IMG/VR virus record: IMGVR_UViG_3300042539_000668
Coordinates: 4,002-68,001 of that record
Length of the DNA stretch: 64,000 nucleotides
Reading direction: 5' to 3' (one strand)
Source: a virus
Shown piece by piece: positions 53,574 to 63,735 of this stretch. The translations under genes and the position numbers were made by a program. Under the pieces are notes generated by a model. The model was not told where the DNA came from and searched no databases. It saw only the letters and a program-made list of their open reading frames with translations. Position 1 is the stretch's first letter. Each line of letters begins with the position of its first letter.

Positions 53574-55952
53574 TTAATCAGGAAACTCGTCAAATGAAGA
53601 CGATGACGCTCCAATTTTATTTTCAATCATTCTGTTTAGTTCAGAACGCGAAACTCCCAAGAAATTTGCTATTTCTCCCTCATTTCCAGCTACTGGAATA
53701 ATCTCATCTCTTAACCTTTCAAAATTTGAGTATGTTTCTGTGTTTTCATTATAGTCCCCTACTTCCGCCGGACTCCAAGAAATCAAATTTCCTTTTGCAT
53801 CAATACCCTTCACACCCGGCTCTTTGGAGTTTTTCCCGCGAACATACAACCGCCCTTTTGCATCCCTAAAGACGTGAGTTGGCACAATGTATTTGCCGTT
53901 AATATATTGTGGTTTCAATGGTCTTCCTTCTCCTGACGTTGTTCCTCCAATGCTGATTTCTTCTACATATCGGGGGATGTCATTGCCTTGAGCATCTTTT
54001 GCGTAACCCGTTGGTATTACAGCACCAGCCTTCTGTGCAAGAGTCATCCAATAATTTTTCTGACCGGGCTTCATCAATGGTTCAAGGGCCGCTGGCTTTT
54101 GATACCCATACCTATATTTTGACGTTTCCTCATCGCCGCCTCCTCGATTACCACCACCGCCACTGCTGCCCCTATAGGTATCAACAGCGGTGACATCCAT
54201 GTTGTACCTGTTCCTGAGCATATTCTCCAAGAACTGACGGTTGTCGGCAACTTTTTCTTCCAGCGTGTTGCCCTTGCCATAGCCCATGTCAATGGCCATG
54301 TCCCTTGCATACTGGTCAATCTGACCCCTGAAGGTATCCAAGTGGCCCTTGTTGACGAACATATATCTACCCTTGTCGTCAATGCTGTATGTTCCGGGTA
54401 TTGGCCTTCCGTTCGCGTCCACTCCACCAATGGCAAGCCTTTCAGCAAACTCCTTGACGGCAGGGACAACTTCATTCTTAAAGTAAGTATGACGGCTTAT
54501 CAGTGAGTCAAACTGAGTCATGTCATTGATCAGCTTGTTGAAGTCACCTCCCTCTCCTGCTGTTGCCGACCTAAAGCCACCAAGTCCGTTGACAATATCC
54601 TTGGCCAAAGCTCTCATTTCCGGAGTTCCGTACTCAAGTGTTCCCTTTGCAGATTCCTGCATGAACTTGACAGCGGTGTCGAACATCCTTTCGCCATTGG
54701 CTCCCAACGCCTCCAAGTCTGCATTCTTCTGCCTCCACTTGGCGCGTAGTTCGGGGTTGGACATTACAAGCCTGTGGGCCTTGCTGATGTTACCACCAGT
54801 GTACGCATCGGCCACAGACTGAATGAACCCGTCCTGCTCCTTCCTGACGATTTGGTTGAAGTTCTGCTGGTAGGGAGTAGCCGTCTTGATGGGCTTGTAC
54901 AACTCCTCCATGAAAGCCTGACGCTTCTTGTCATGCTCTACCTGTCGGTTGTTCAGAATGGTCGCCGCCTTGCTGATGGCCCCCATGGGCAGACGACCGG
55001 GTGTGGCCACATATTCAGTCCCCGTGCTGTACTGGCCTATCAAGGGACCAGTGTTGGCGTAGAAGTCCTCTTGGGTGAACGCCTGTGTCTCCCCCGGTGC
55101 AGACCAACTGCCACCACCACCGCGCTGACGGGGTACTCGATCTTGCTGCTGGCCGGGAGCCGGTTTGGTCGGTGTGCCTACACCTTGGCTACCAGTTACT
55201 ATACTCCCTGCTCCCCCGCTTTGTGAAGCCGCCCCTTGCAATACAGCATTGGCTATGTTGCTCCCACCTGCAAGTGGCTGCATACCGCCAGCAGAAGGTG
55301 ATACGCCGGGTACTCTAGGCTGCATCGGACTAGCAACCATATCCGCTCTTTGAATACCAAGGTCTTGATCTTTGGGCCTTAAATTAGAACCAATTATGTC
55401 ATCAAACTCGCCCCTTGTAGCAGCGGGTATATTATATCTTGCCGTTCTCCCATCACCAAATCGTACATCCCAATCAAAGTTTTGCCCGCCTGCTGACATT
55501 GGCGGTGGCTTTCTTTCGGCAACAACTTCATATTCGGGCAACGTATTGCCCGCTCCTATATTAGATGTTCCATAAAGTTCTTCTACGCTTTTGGCTGGCG
55601 CACCTACCAACTGATTATTTGATATGTTTCTTGCAGTAAAAACAGTTTCACCATCTTGGTCAACTTGTTCTACATACGTTCCTGCCGGAAGCTTTTTCTC
55701 ATCATAATTTGGTTGATAAGCTTCTGTTTCGGAATACCTTTGCGCTTTTGCCCAAGCTGCATTTTCATCTATGCTCCCTCCTCCATATTTTTTGCCACTC
55801 TTGTCCTTCCAAACATATACGTCTTGCCCAGCTGCATTTTTTTCTTTGTATTGAAATAATACAGTCCCATCTCTAAGTTGTTTTGATGGGGGGTCGCCAC
55901 CACCTTCTCCTTGAGATGCAAGGCGGTCTAGTTCTTCAATGTAGTTTATCAT
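53574..55952 (-). CDS. Internal virion/ejection protein
   Basis: 792 aa with low-complexity G/Q linkers; lies between the tail and giant genes. Confidence 0.65.
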   Translation of the reverse strand: MINYIEELDRLASQGEGGGDPPSKQLRDGTVLFQYKEKNAAGQDVYVWKDKSGKKYGGGSIDENAAWAKAQRYSETEAYQPNYDEKKLPAGTYVEQVDQDGETVFTARNISNNQLVGAPAKSVEELYGTSNIGAGNTLPEYEVVAERKPPPMSAGGQNFDWDVRFGDGRTARYNIPAATRGEFDDIIGSNLRPKDQDLGIQRADMVASPMQPRVPGVSPSAGGMQPLAGGSNIANAVLQGAASQSGGAGSIVTGSQGVGTPTKPAPGQQQDRVPRQRGGGGSWSAPGETQAFTQEDFYANTGPLIGQYSTGTEYVATPGRLPMGAISKAATILNNRQVEHDKKRQAFMEELYKPIKTATPYQQNFNQIVRKEQDGFIQSVADAYTGGNISKAHRLVMSNPELRAKWRQKNADLEALGANGERMFDTAVKFMQESAKGTLEYGTPEMRALAKDIVNGLGGFRSATAGEGGDFNKLINDMTQFDSLISRHTYFKNEVVPAVKEFAERLAIGGVDANGRPIPGTYSIDDKGRYMFVNKGHLDTFRGQIDQYARDMAIDMGYGKGNTLEEKVADNRQFLENMLRNRYNMDVTAVDTYRGSSGGGGNRGGGDEETSKYRYGYQKPAALEPLMKPGQKNYWMTLAQKAGAVIPTGYAKDAQGNDIPRYVEEISIGGTTSGEGRPLKPQYINGKYIVPTHVFRDAKGRLYVRGKNSKEPGVKGIDAKGNLISWSPAEVGDYNENTETYSNFERLRDEIIPVAGNEGEIANFLGVSRSELNRMIENKIGASSSSFDEFPD

Positions 55953-55961
55953 AGCTTAAAT

Positions 55962-56786
55962 TTAAGTAGGCATTTGAATTGCGCTTGGAGCAATAAATGG
56001 CTCTGACTTCATATTCATTTGATATTGCGAGAATCCATAAGAAGGGGCAGTATATTGAGATGGCTGTCCCATCCAGTACGAAGCAGTTCCGGGCGACCCA
56101 ATACCTGACACCTCCTTACCGGGATTAATTGGATTTATTAAATTATTTGACTTTGTGCCTTGATTCAGCTTTGAAGTGTCAATGTTCTCGTTGTACTTGG
56201 GAATCATCGTAGAACCCTGCGCCAACGCACCGATGGCAGCAGAGGTAGCATCCTGTGCGCCCTCACGCATAGCGACAGCCTTCAACTGTGCGTAGTTGCG
56301 ACGCTTCATCTGAAGGTCGTAGATGCGGCTCTGAATGTTGTCAATCAGACCGCCTTGGTACATCATCATCCTGTCAGCCTGCTGACCAGCCTGTGCAGCT
56401 ACGTTGCCCATCCCTACATTGTACCCCTGCTGGGCGCGGAGAAGGCCACTGACAGTAGATGCCCCACCACCCATCCGAGCAATGTTGGTCTGCGTCTGAC
56501 CAAGACCCTGCGCCAACCCACGACGAGCCATGGCAGATGTGGGGTCTGTACCCATACGCATACCGCGCTCAAGCTGACGGACACGGTTCAGATAAGCGTA
56601 TTGTTCGGGACTTACAGGCTGTAAGTTCTTGTCAAGGCGATCATATTCAGCCTCAAGTTTCTTGGCATCGCTTGAACGCTTGATTGCTTGAATGCCGCTG
56701 GCAAGGGCGCCAGCCCCCATCATGCCAATGCCAACCCAAGGGTTGATACCCGCAAATCCAGCTACTGCACTTGCTGCGTCTGCCAT
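55962..56786 (-). CDS. Small ejection (pilot-like) protein
   Basis: N-terminal Gly/Ala hydrophobic helix, A/Q/G-rich; directly after the tail stabiliser, as in podoviruses. Confidence 0.6.
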   Translation of the reverse strand: MADAASAVAGFAGINPWVGIGMMGAGALASGIQAIKRSSDAKKLEAEYDRLDKNLQPVSPEQYAYLNRVRQLERGMRMGTDPTSAMARRGLAQGLGQTQTNIARMGGGASTVSGLLRAQQGYNVGMGNVAAQAGQQADRMMMYQGGLIDNIQSRIYDLQMKRRNYAQLKAVAMREGAQDATSAAIGALAQGSTMIPKYNENIDTSKLNQGTKSNNLINPINPGKEVSGIGSPGTASYWMGQPSQYTAPSYGFSQYQMNMKSEPFIAPSAIQMPT

Positions 56787-56787
56787 C

Positions 56788-59700
56788 TTACTTTATAGGT
56801 TTGAGTTGCCCGCTAATTGAAATAGCCGACTTGTCTTGGTCAGTATTCCAGATCAAACGGAGGTAAAAATAACGCTTTTGTGGGAGTTTCCTACTCGCAT
56901 CATAAGTTGCAAGGGTTCTGCTTGCCCATCCTTCCCATCCGTCGTACTCCTTAACCCACAACGGGGAGCCGTTGGTTACAGCATCCATGCGGGACATGAC
57001 CACAAAATCGGGGTCAAGGATTTCAATGGCATCAGGCTTTGACCCCGTAACCCTCCAGCGCAGGAACTCCTTGAATGTATCAAATGGCAGATTTTGGTCG
57101 CCCACCATCGGAACGGTGATGGATGCCTCCCTATTGTTGTTAGAGATAGTCCACCCTTGGTCAAGCAAGTAGGTTTCAAGCACATCCCCGTTGCTCCTGT
57201 GGCCGTAGACATCGTTGGCCACCTGCGTATACCCGTCGAAATCGTATGTGTACAGCCCGTTCCAAGAGTTGGTTTCGGGGTTGAACACCACCAGCCTTCT
57301 GTTCTCCCTGCCGTTCTCGTCAACTATGCCATTGAATGACATCCACGCCTCGTTGTATTTGGCGTTGTAGAAGCCGTTAGTGCCGGGGACATAGCCACGG
57401 GGATAGTTGCGGATGATGGGAAGCATATACGCAAGGAACTTCTCTCGGCCAATGTCGATGATGTTGTCGCCCACCATCCGATACAAGCTGTTTCTGTTGG
57501 CCCAAAAGAAGTTGTCCGCGTATCCATCACCCGTGGGAGCGTAGCCCTTGACGAACGCCTGCCACATCTGATCAGGAATGCCGATGTTGCGGGACAGCCA
57601 CATCTCCTGACCCCAGTAGTTCTCAATGGCTTGGGTGGAGATTTCCTCGCCCGATGCACCCGTAAGCACGTTCTTGCTGGTGAGGATACGAGCCACCCCA
57701 TTGTCAGTCCATGCGTAGATGTTTCGGCCACCACCAGCAAGCGCAGAGGCGATGGTCTTGATTTCCCCGTTCTCTTCGCTGATGGTCTTCAGCGTGAGTT
57801 CGGTGAACGTCCGTAGGCTTGGAACATCCTGCACAAGCTGGTTGAACTCGGCAGATGCTATGAGTCCCGTGGGGAAGTAGAACTTCTCCTCAAATGTCCC
57901 CCCTGAACTTACAAACGGAACGCCAAACCCAGTGATGGGAGCCTGCTGAATGTAATTTGGATTTACATCTGAATTTAACAGAAATCCACCATATGAAGAA
58001 GCGGCTACGGTGTTTACGTTTACGCCAGCTACGGGATCATATTGATAAAGATTAGTGCTTACTTCATTCCCCAAATATGCACTCCATTTCAACAAGTATC
58101 CAATTCTAGGCCATTCATATGGGCCTTGAGTTCCAGCACTAGCTTGATATCTTCTTATTGCTGACCTTTGCTCTGCATCCCAATAAACCACCCATTGCCT
58201 TTTTGCGCTCTGCCCAAATGTTTGGGTGTCCATAGTTATATTATTAGGACCGGGGGCTATATTTGGTACATTATATTGATTTTGTTTGCCCCATACTCGA
58301 TATGGCATAGGAAGGCCATCCAATGCAAATGATTGGTTAATTGATTCTGTAGAAAAGAACGGAATGGTTTGTGTAATTACAGTAGTTCCTTCAAATTCGG
58401 GTGGCTGCGCGTTAAAACTCCTATTGTAATATGCGTTCAAAGATGGGGATACCGTACAATCGCCACCGAAGAACTTGATTGGCTCGTTGTTATCATACTT
58501 TACAAGTATTCTGCTTCCATTTGAAGGCATTGGAAGACCGTTCTCAACAGGGAATTCAGAGTCTGCATTGGCCCACCAGCGCCCAAACTCAACCGTACCG
58601 CTCCGGTATTTCTCTCCAGTTGATAGCCACTCGTTGCCAAAAACAAAGCTGTATACACCATAGATGGGAAATGGCCACCCCGGCAACTGATACTCTCCCG
58701 TGGTGTTCAATGCTGCTATGATTGCAGCTTGGTTGTTATTGGCCCAACCGTTGTCTGTTACGCATAGCCATGGGCGGACTGCCTGACCGTCATCAACCCA
58801 AACATATCTGTTTGCTGCTGGGTCGCCCACAGGAAGAACAAGACTTGCGCCGTTGCAGTATACGTCACCCCTCCTCTCATTTAGCAATGGGAACTGCTGC
58901 CATTCATTTTCCAATTGAATTGCAGAAGGGGTTACGCCAATGCAACTCTCCACCTTAATATGATACCCTGTCTCAATGTATTTATCTACCTGATCATCGG
59001 GAATGGTAGCGTCTTCTTGGATGATGTTTACCACATACCAAGGTTCGTGAAAATCTCTTGTGGCGGCAGAATTTGCGCTTTCGTTCGGGTTAGAATTAAG
59101 ACTAGTTGCAGCATAAACACTCTCTGTTAATACTACTCGATATCCACCGTCGCTATTTGTATTTACGTCTTGTATATTAAAAACTTTATTTCCACCTCCA
59201 AAGGTGTTCCACAATCCAACTCCATTAATATCTCTCCATGCGCCATATCCAACATAATTAAATTCTCCTATTCCATTTCCATACGCATCTATGGTAAGGC
59301 CATTATTTACTTGATTGCCATTGTCCCATTGTATTCCAGCATAAGAAAGAAAATCAGCCGCCCCTGATTGAAAAGGACCATCAATAAGTACTTGCGTTGT
59401 TGCTCCTGAATACTGCTCTGTATAAAACCCCAAAGGAGAAACAAGCTGTATTTTGAATAATGCTGGATTGCTTGTAAATGAATCAATTATTGACTGATCA
59501 ACAATGTTATTGTTGAAGTCTGGAATCATTACCTCTAACCAATTTGGTGTTTTTTCGTAATTATTGCCAATAAATGGAGTATTGCCTGATTGAGCCATGC
59601 TCCAGCAAGCAATTCCTTGAGCCACAACCCTTTTTGCTGGCTCTGTACGCATTACAGAAATTACAGATGTATTGCTTGGTATTTTTTCAATACCTTCAAT

Positions 59701-61569
59701 CGCAGCACCTAACGCATAATGACGAGGCGCCCATACGTTTCCCTGAATTTGAATAGGGTCTACAGGATTGCTAATAAAAAATGGAGTGGGATTAAATTCA
59801 GTGCTTTGAACTAAAGCATTTGCATATGCAACATTATTTGGAGATATAGAAAGCCTTGATTCGTTGTTTATATTGCTATCGCTATTAGATGTTATTGGGT
59901 TAATTGGCCCATATGGATTAAAAGTTGAGTTGGCAAATTCGTTTCTGTTAATAAAACTATATCCCTGCCATGGTCCGAAACCGGGGAAAGACTTAGCAAC
60001 ACTGCCCTGCGAAAATGCTTCAAATGTAGGGTAGACAGAATTAGCTGTCCCTCCACTAATATCAGTCCCTGCCTGTACCCTACTCCTTGGGTCTACTGCA
60101 TCATATCCATCGCTGTATGCAAAACTTCGACCCGCCCTTCTGTCCCTGCGGTTTGGAAACAAATACCCGTCATTTGTTGCTTCAGAAGTTCCGAGGGGGA
60201 CTTCCTTTACAAAGCTCTGCTCGGCATACTGGTTCCAAAACATAACACCAATGCCATACCTCTCCCCGCGCATAAAGCTCTTGAGATAGGTGTTGTTCAC
60301 CGGGTCAGAGTAGCCATCGTTCCAATAGTAATACTGGCCATCGTATTCCCTTGGGTTTGCGCCATTTGCATTCCCATCACCACGATACCTAGTCGCAACT
60401 CCCTGTGTAACTGGAAAGATGACCTTGCCCTCTCGTTCAATAAATTCAACATCCTGCACAACCTTGGGGAAGGTCTCAAAGTTGGCATATGTCAAACGGC
60501 GGTCAGAATACTCTACTGTCTTTGGTTTGTTGACAGCAATTACCTTGATGTTTTCCTCCTCGTCTGTAATTGTAACTGGCTCATCTACTGCGTCAGAGGG
60601 GTCAACAAATGTCTCAATTGAGTTTTGGTTGGGCTGTATCTGAATGCTTTTTACAACCTCTACCTGACCAACACTTATTGCTTCATTCCATCTCTTTCTG
60701 ACAATCTCAACCTCTTGAAATCCATATACGTTGTCTACCCTAAACTTGATTTCAATACCATACGAACTATCTTGCCCTGCCTGCCCTCCAATAGTTGTAG
60801 CACCGGGATAGTGAGACTGAACCCATTGCAACGTAGGCGCTTGTTTTAAGGCCACTGCAATCATCGGAGTCCAAGGGCCAATGTTGGTGCGGTCTCCCTG
60901 CGGGGTAACGTAGCGCAGAGCGTATTGATATTGCCCAACCTTGAGACCCTGTCCAATATCAGGATTGCCAGTATGAATGGGAAACTCCGGGGTGTTGAAC
61001 AACCCTACGGAGTTTTGGCCAATGCTATATCCAGCAAAGAATAGGTCAGTTCCAATTGAATTTAGCAATAACTGCACGTCCCAATACAATGGGGGAGAGT
61101 TGTGGTCGGCAGGATATACAACACCCTTACCCTTTACTACCCCATTGCTGTCTTGGTTGGCTGCAATGCTCGTCCCGTAGAAGTCGTCCACGACAGCAAT
61201 CTGCAAGGGGCGGTCGTAGACATATGGGATGTTTCTGCTTTCAGCCACAACGACACCGTCAATCCTGACAACTGGCACGTTGCTGTTCGTAACAAAGTTA
61301 AAATCTGAACTTGCCCAAAACTCTACCAGCTTGTTGCTACAGGTGCAGCTACCTATCAGCACATATCCCGTTCCTATCGGGGCTGATGGATATTGTATCT
61401 GCTCACCCTTTACTGCCTCTGCACCCCCTGCGTTACCCGTGATGGAGCCGGGGCGCACATTGACAGCCTCCCTTGCAGTTCCATCGGGCATAAGTTCGGG
61501 GAGAACGTCAGTGTTGACGCCCCTGTTGAGCAACCTACGCAACCAAGGGAAATGGAAAAGTTTTGGCAT
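56788..61569 (-). CDS. Tail stabilisation/nozzle (muzzle)-like protein
   Basis: 1593 aa; RG.NTD......G..R.A.N.R N-terminus, G.YQY..RY, SFMRGERY.IG motifs typical of crAss-like tail stabilisation proteins. Confidence 0.7.
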   Translation of the reverse strand: MPKLFHFPWLRRLLNRGVNTDVLPELMPDGTAREAVNVRPGSITGNAGGAEAVKGEQIQYPSAPIGTGYVLIGSCTCSNKLVEFWASSDFNFVTNSNVPVVRIDGVVVAESRNIPYVYDRPLQIAVVDDFYGTSIAANQDSNGVVKGKGVVYPADHNSPPLYWDVQLLLNSIGTDLFFAGYSIGQNSVGLFNTPEFPIHTGNPDIGQGLKVGQYQYALRYVTPQGDRTNIGPWTPMIAVALKQAPTLQWVQSHYPGATTIGGQAGQDSSYGIEIKFRVDNVYGFQEVEIVRKRWNEAISVGQVEVVKSIQIQPNQNSIETFVDPSDAVDEPVTITDEEENIKVIAVNKPKTVEYSDRRLTYANFETFPKVVQDVEFIEREGKVIFPVTQGVATRYRGDGNANGANPREYDGQYYYWNDGYSDPVNNTYLKSFMRGERYGIGVMFWNQYAEQSFVKEVPLGTSEATNDGYLFPNRRDRRAGRSFAYSDGYDAVDPRSRVQAGTDISGGTANSVYPTFEAFSQGSVAKSFPGFGPWQGYSFINRNEFANSTFNPYGPINPITSNSDSNINNESRLSISPNNVAYANALVQSTEFNPTPFFISNPVDPIQIQGNVWAPRHYALGAAIEGIEKIPSNTSVISVMRTEPAKRVVAQGIACWSMAQSGNTPFIGNNYEKTPNWLEVMIPDFNNNIVDQSIIDSFTSNPALFKIQLVSPLGFYTEQYSGATTQVLIDGPFQSGAADFLSYAGIQWDNGNQVNNGLTIDAYGNGIGEFNYVGYGAWRDINGVGLWNTFGGGNKVFNIQDVNTNSDGGYRVVLTESVYAATSLNSNPNESANSAATRDFHEPWYVVNIIQEDATIPDDQVDKYIETGYHIKVESCIGVTPSAIQLENEWQQFPLLNERRGDVYCNGASLVLPVGDPAANRYVWVDDGQAVRPWLCVTDNGWANNNQAAIIAALNTTGEYQLPGWPFPIYGVYSFVFGNEWLSTGEKYRSGTVEFGRWWANADSEFPVENGLPMPSNGSRILVKYDNNEPIKFFGGDCTVSPSLNAYYNRSFNAQPPEFEGTTVITQTIPFFSTESINQSFALDGLPMPYRVWGKQNQYNVPNIAPGPNNITMDTQTFGQSAKRQWVVYWDAEQRSAIRRYQASAGTQGPYEWPRIGYLLKWSAYLGNEVSTNLYQYDPVAGVNVNTVAASSYGGFLLNSDVNPNYIQQAPITGFGVPFVSSGGTFEEKFYFPTGLIASAEFNQLVQDVPSLRTFTELTLKTISEENGEIKTIASALAGGGRNIYAWTDNGVARILTSKNVLTGASGEEISTQAIENYWGQEMWLSRNIGIPDQMWQAFVKGYAPTGDGYADNFFWANRNSLYRMVGDNIIDIGREKFLAYMLPIIRNYPRGYVPGTNGFYNAKYNEAWMSFNGIVDENGRENRRLVVFNPETNSWNGLYTYDFDGYTQVANDVYGHRSNGDVLETYLLDQGWTISNNNREASITVPMVGDQNLPFDTFKEFLRWRVTGSKPDAIEILDPDFVVMSRMDAVTNGSPLWVKEYDGWEGWASRTLATYDASRKLPQKRYFYLRLIWNTDQDKSAISISGQLKPIK

Positions 61570-61572
61570 GGC

Positions 61573-62322
61573 TTATGGGAAGTGGCCAAGACGATAGGTG
61601 TACGCAGTGTTGTCGTAGCGACCCTTCTTGTCCAAACGCTTGTATCGGCCAATGGCAGTCCACCAAGAACCCGTGGGTGTTTTCAATTCCCCCTCCTTTC
61701 GTGCAATGACACGGGCAAGGAACTGCGGGTCTTCGCGCTCCATGGCCAAGGCAGCGCGGTGGATGACAAAGTCTGTGATGGCCTCACGGCACCAGTGCGG
61801 GATGCGGAAGTCCTCTCCAAAGCACTCCATACCCAGTCCCGTGTAGGCGATGTGTATCTTCTCGTACTTCTTGCACGAGGGGGCCATATAGAGCTTACCG
61901 CCCCTTAAACCAGCGAAGTAGATGTTTGGCGGGGGAGCCTCGCTCCACTTGAGCGACCACTGCATCTCGTCCATGTTCCTCCCCTTGTTGTTGGCGATGT
62001 AGCCATCCCCACCTTGGTGCCACATATTGGGCTTGATGAACAGAATCGTCGATGTCTGAATGTTGCACTCGCTCCCGCTGAACAGATAAATCCCGTCCGT
62101 CTCCGTCAAGTCCTGCGGGAGTTCCAGCACCAAGTTGTTCGGTATCTCCGATTGCCATGTTTTCTTGTAGAAGTTCGTGTAGGAGTTCATCTCCGTCAGG
62201 CCACGCTGACAGGCGGAGACATAGAAGGGCTTGCCAAGACGGCCAAACTCCGGGTCGCGCAACTCTTGGGCAGCGGCGGTGATGATCTCACCCATGTCAA
62301 ATGTCGCGTTCCCAAGTGGCAT
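61573..62322 (-). CDS. Tail ring/tubular protein
   Basis: 249 aa; LP.D, I.Y.G...IP...EAI..F; directly upstream of the stabiliser. Confidence 0.6.
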   Translation of the reverse strand: MPLGNATFDMGEIITAAAQELRDPEFGRLGKPFYVSACQRGLTEMNSYTNFYKKTWQSEIPNNLVLELPQDLTETDGIYLFSGSECNIQTSTILFIKPNMWHQGGDGYIANNKGRNMDEMQWSLKWSEAPPPNIYFAGLRGGKLYMAPSCKKYEKIHIAYTGLGMECFGEDFRIPHWCREAITDFVIHRAALAMEREDPQFLARVIARKEGELKTPTGSWWTAIGRYKRLDKKGRYDNTAYTYRLGHFP

Positions 62323-62960
62323 TAGTTGTCAATTTGAATTGGATTGTTCATCGACATCTGACGCTCGGTGCGAACAATCTGATTAGGCTCAAAGTCCCTA
62401 CCATTTGCCCCATAGTAAGGAGAATGCTTACCATGGTGCCTCAAAGATAGTTTGGCGCAGGCAAGTGCGGCCTCGGATTTGGTGGCATGATATCCGCCAT
62501 GGATGTAGTTTCCATTTGCCCTAACCGCAACCTTCCATTTTCCGAGCTTGTTCGAGTATGTTACACCCTTAAAGCCGGATGTATTGTTCTTTGGGGCCAT
62601 CCTATTCCACTGGTTTGTGGAGTTATTAGACAGCCTCAAATTTTCAATCCTGTTGTCTGTTGGATTCATGTTGATGTGGTCGATAAATGCACCATCATCA
62701 ATATAGCCATGTGCCATTATCCAAACAATCCTGTGCTCAAGATAGGGCCAGCCATCAATGCTGATATATCGAGAGGACACCTGCCCCCTTTGGCCAACAG
62801 AAGCACGTCCTGCCCTTTTTCCAGCACGGACAGTATTGAACCGCTTAGCGTCTTTGTATCCTTCCGGAGCCTCTTTCCATGTAAGGTGACCGGTATCTGG
62901 ATTGTATGACAGACGACTGTGCAAGTACTCGTAAGATGGATACTGCCTGTGCTTGCTCAT
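62322..62960 (-). mobile_element. Free-standing HNH-AP2 homing endonuclease
   Basis: L.Y.P.TG...W, HR..W...G...IDHIN....DNRIENLR...N..N, NTSGFKGV......KW AP2-like domain. Confidence 0.9.
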
Positions 62961-63721
62961 GTGTCTAGCTGGATTGGATTATTCAAAGACATGAGCCGCT
63001 CAGTTCTTACCGTCTCTCCCGGTTCAAGATGACGTCCATCGTTCTTCAGACGCTCCTGCGGAACTTGGATGGCCCAACGCTCAAGGTCAATGACCATCTG
63101 CTTGAGAGGCATGAGCAAGTGTTCGGGAACATCAATGGGAGCGTCAGGGTCAATCTCCGTAAAGTCCGTAGCAGCATACAAGCCGACAAGCAGATGCTTT
63201 ACATCCTCCGATACCCCGAACAGATATACCCTGTCCTTGTAAGTTTCCCCTATCTTGGCCTTTGCACGGGCAAAGTATGGGCGGTTGGCCTGTGGGCGCT
63301 GGTATGCGCTCTGATAGAAGGTGTAAATAGATGCCAGCGACGCTCCCGTGAACGGGGTCAGGGCCAAGGCAGGGGGACATCCAAAGGGTATCTCGTTGCG
63401 TAGGTAACGAACGAAACTAACCCCTCCGTCGTGGGCAAGGGAGTAGATGCTCGTGGGAAGGTCGAAGAAGCTGGCGTCAAAGTCGGTCAGCACATCGTCG
63501 GCCACATCATTGTGCGTGATGGGGACAATGAACGTGGAGAGCATATCGCTGTTCTTGCGATAATCTCCAATCTCCTTGGACTTCTGTAGCTGCTGTGCCT
63601 TCAGCTTGTCTACAGCCAACTTGACATTGTACATCACCGCCTCCCTGTTGCGTAGGCGGTCATCATGGGTGTACCCCATGGTCACCATGATCTCGTCAGT
63701 AACTTGATCGTAGGTAAGCAT
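62957..63721 (-). CDS. Tail ring/adaptor-like structural protein (leaderless)
   Basis: 254 aa; TATCTTTG 5 nt upstream; ends ...P.HL....KQMV...P....NDG. Confidence 0.6.
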   Translation of the reverse strand: MLTYDQVTDEIMVTMGYTHDDRLRNREAVMYNVKLAVDKLKAQQLQKSKEIGDYRKNSDMLSTFIVPITHNDVADDVLTDFDASFFDLPTSIYSLAHDGGVSFVRYLRNEIPFGCPPALALTPFTGASLASIYTFYQSAYQRPQANRPYFARAKAKIGETYKDRVYLFGVSEDVKHLLVGLYAATDFTEIDPDAPIDVPEHLLMPLKQMVIDLERWAIQVPQERLKNDGRHLEPGETVRTERLMSLNNPIQLDT

Positions 63722-63735
63722 TACTACAAAGATAC

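Noticed and set aside
41594-55952. Virion RNA polymerase subunits
   Set aside because: No DxDxD catalytic motif in a polymerase-like context; the only Asp run (EDADDDDE) is an acidic loop.
62322-62960. Group I intron around the HNH gene
   Set aside because: The ORF overlaps both neighbours, leaving no room for a ribozyme core; the upstream gene is complete without splicing.
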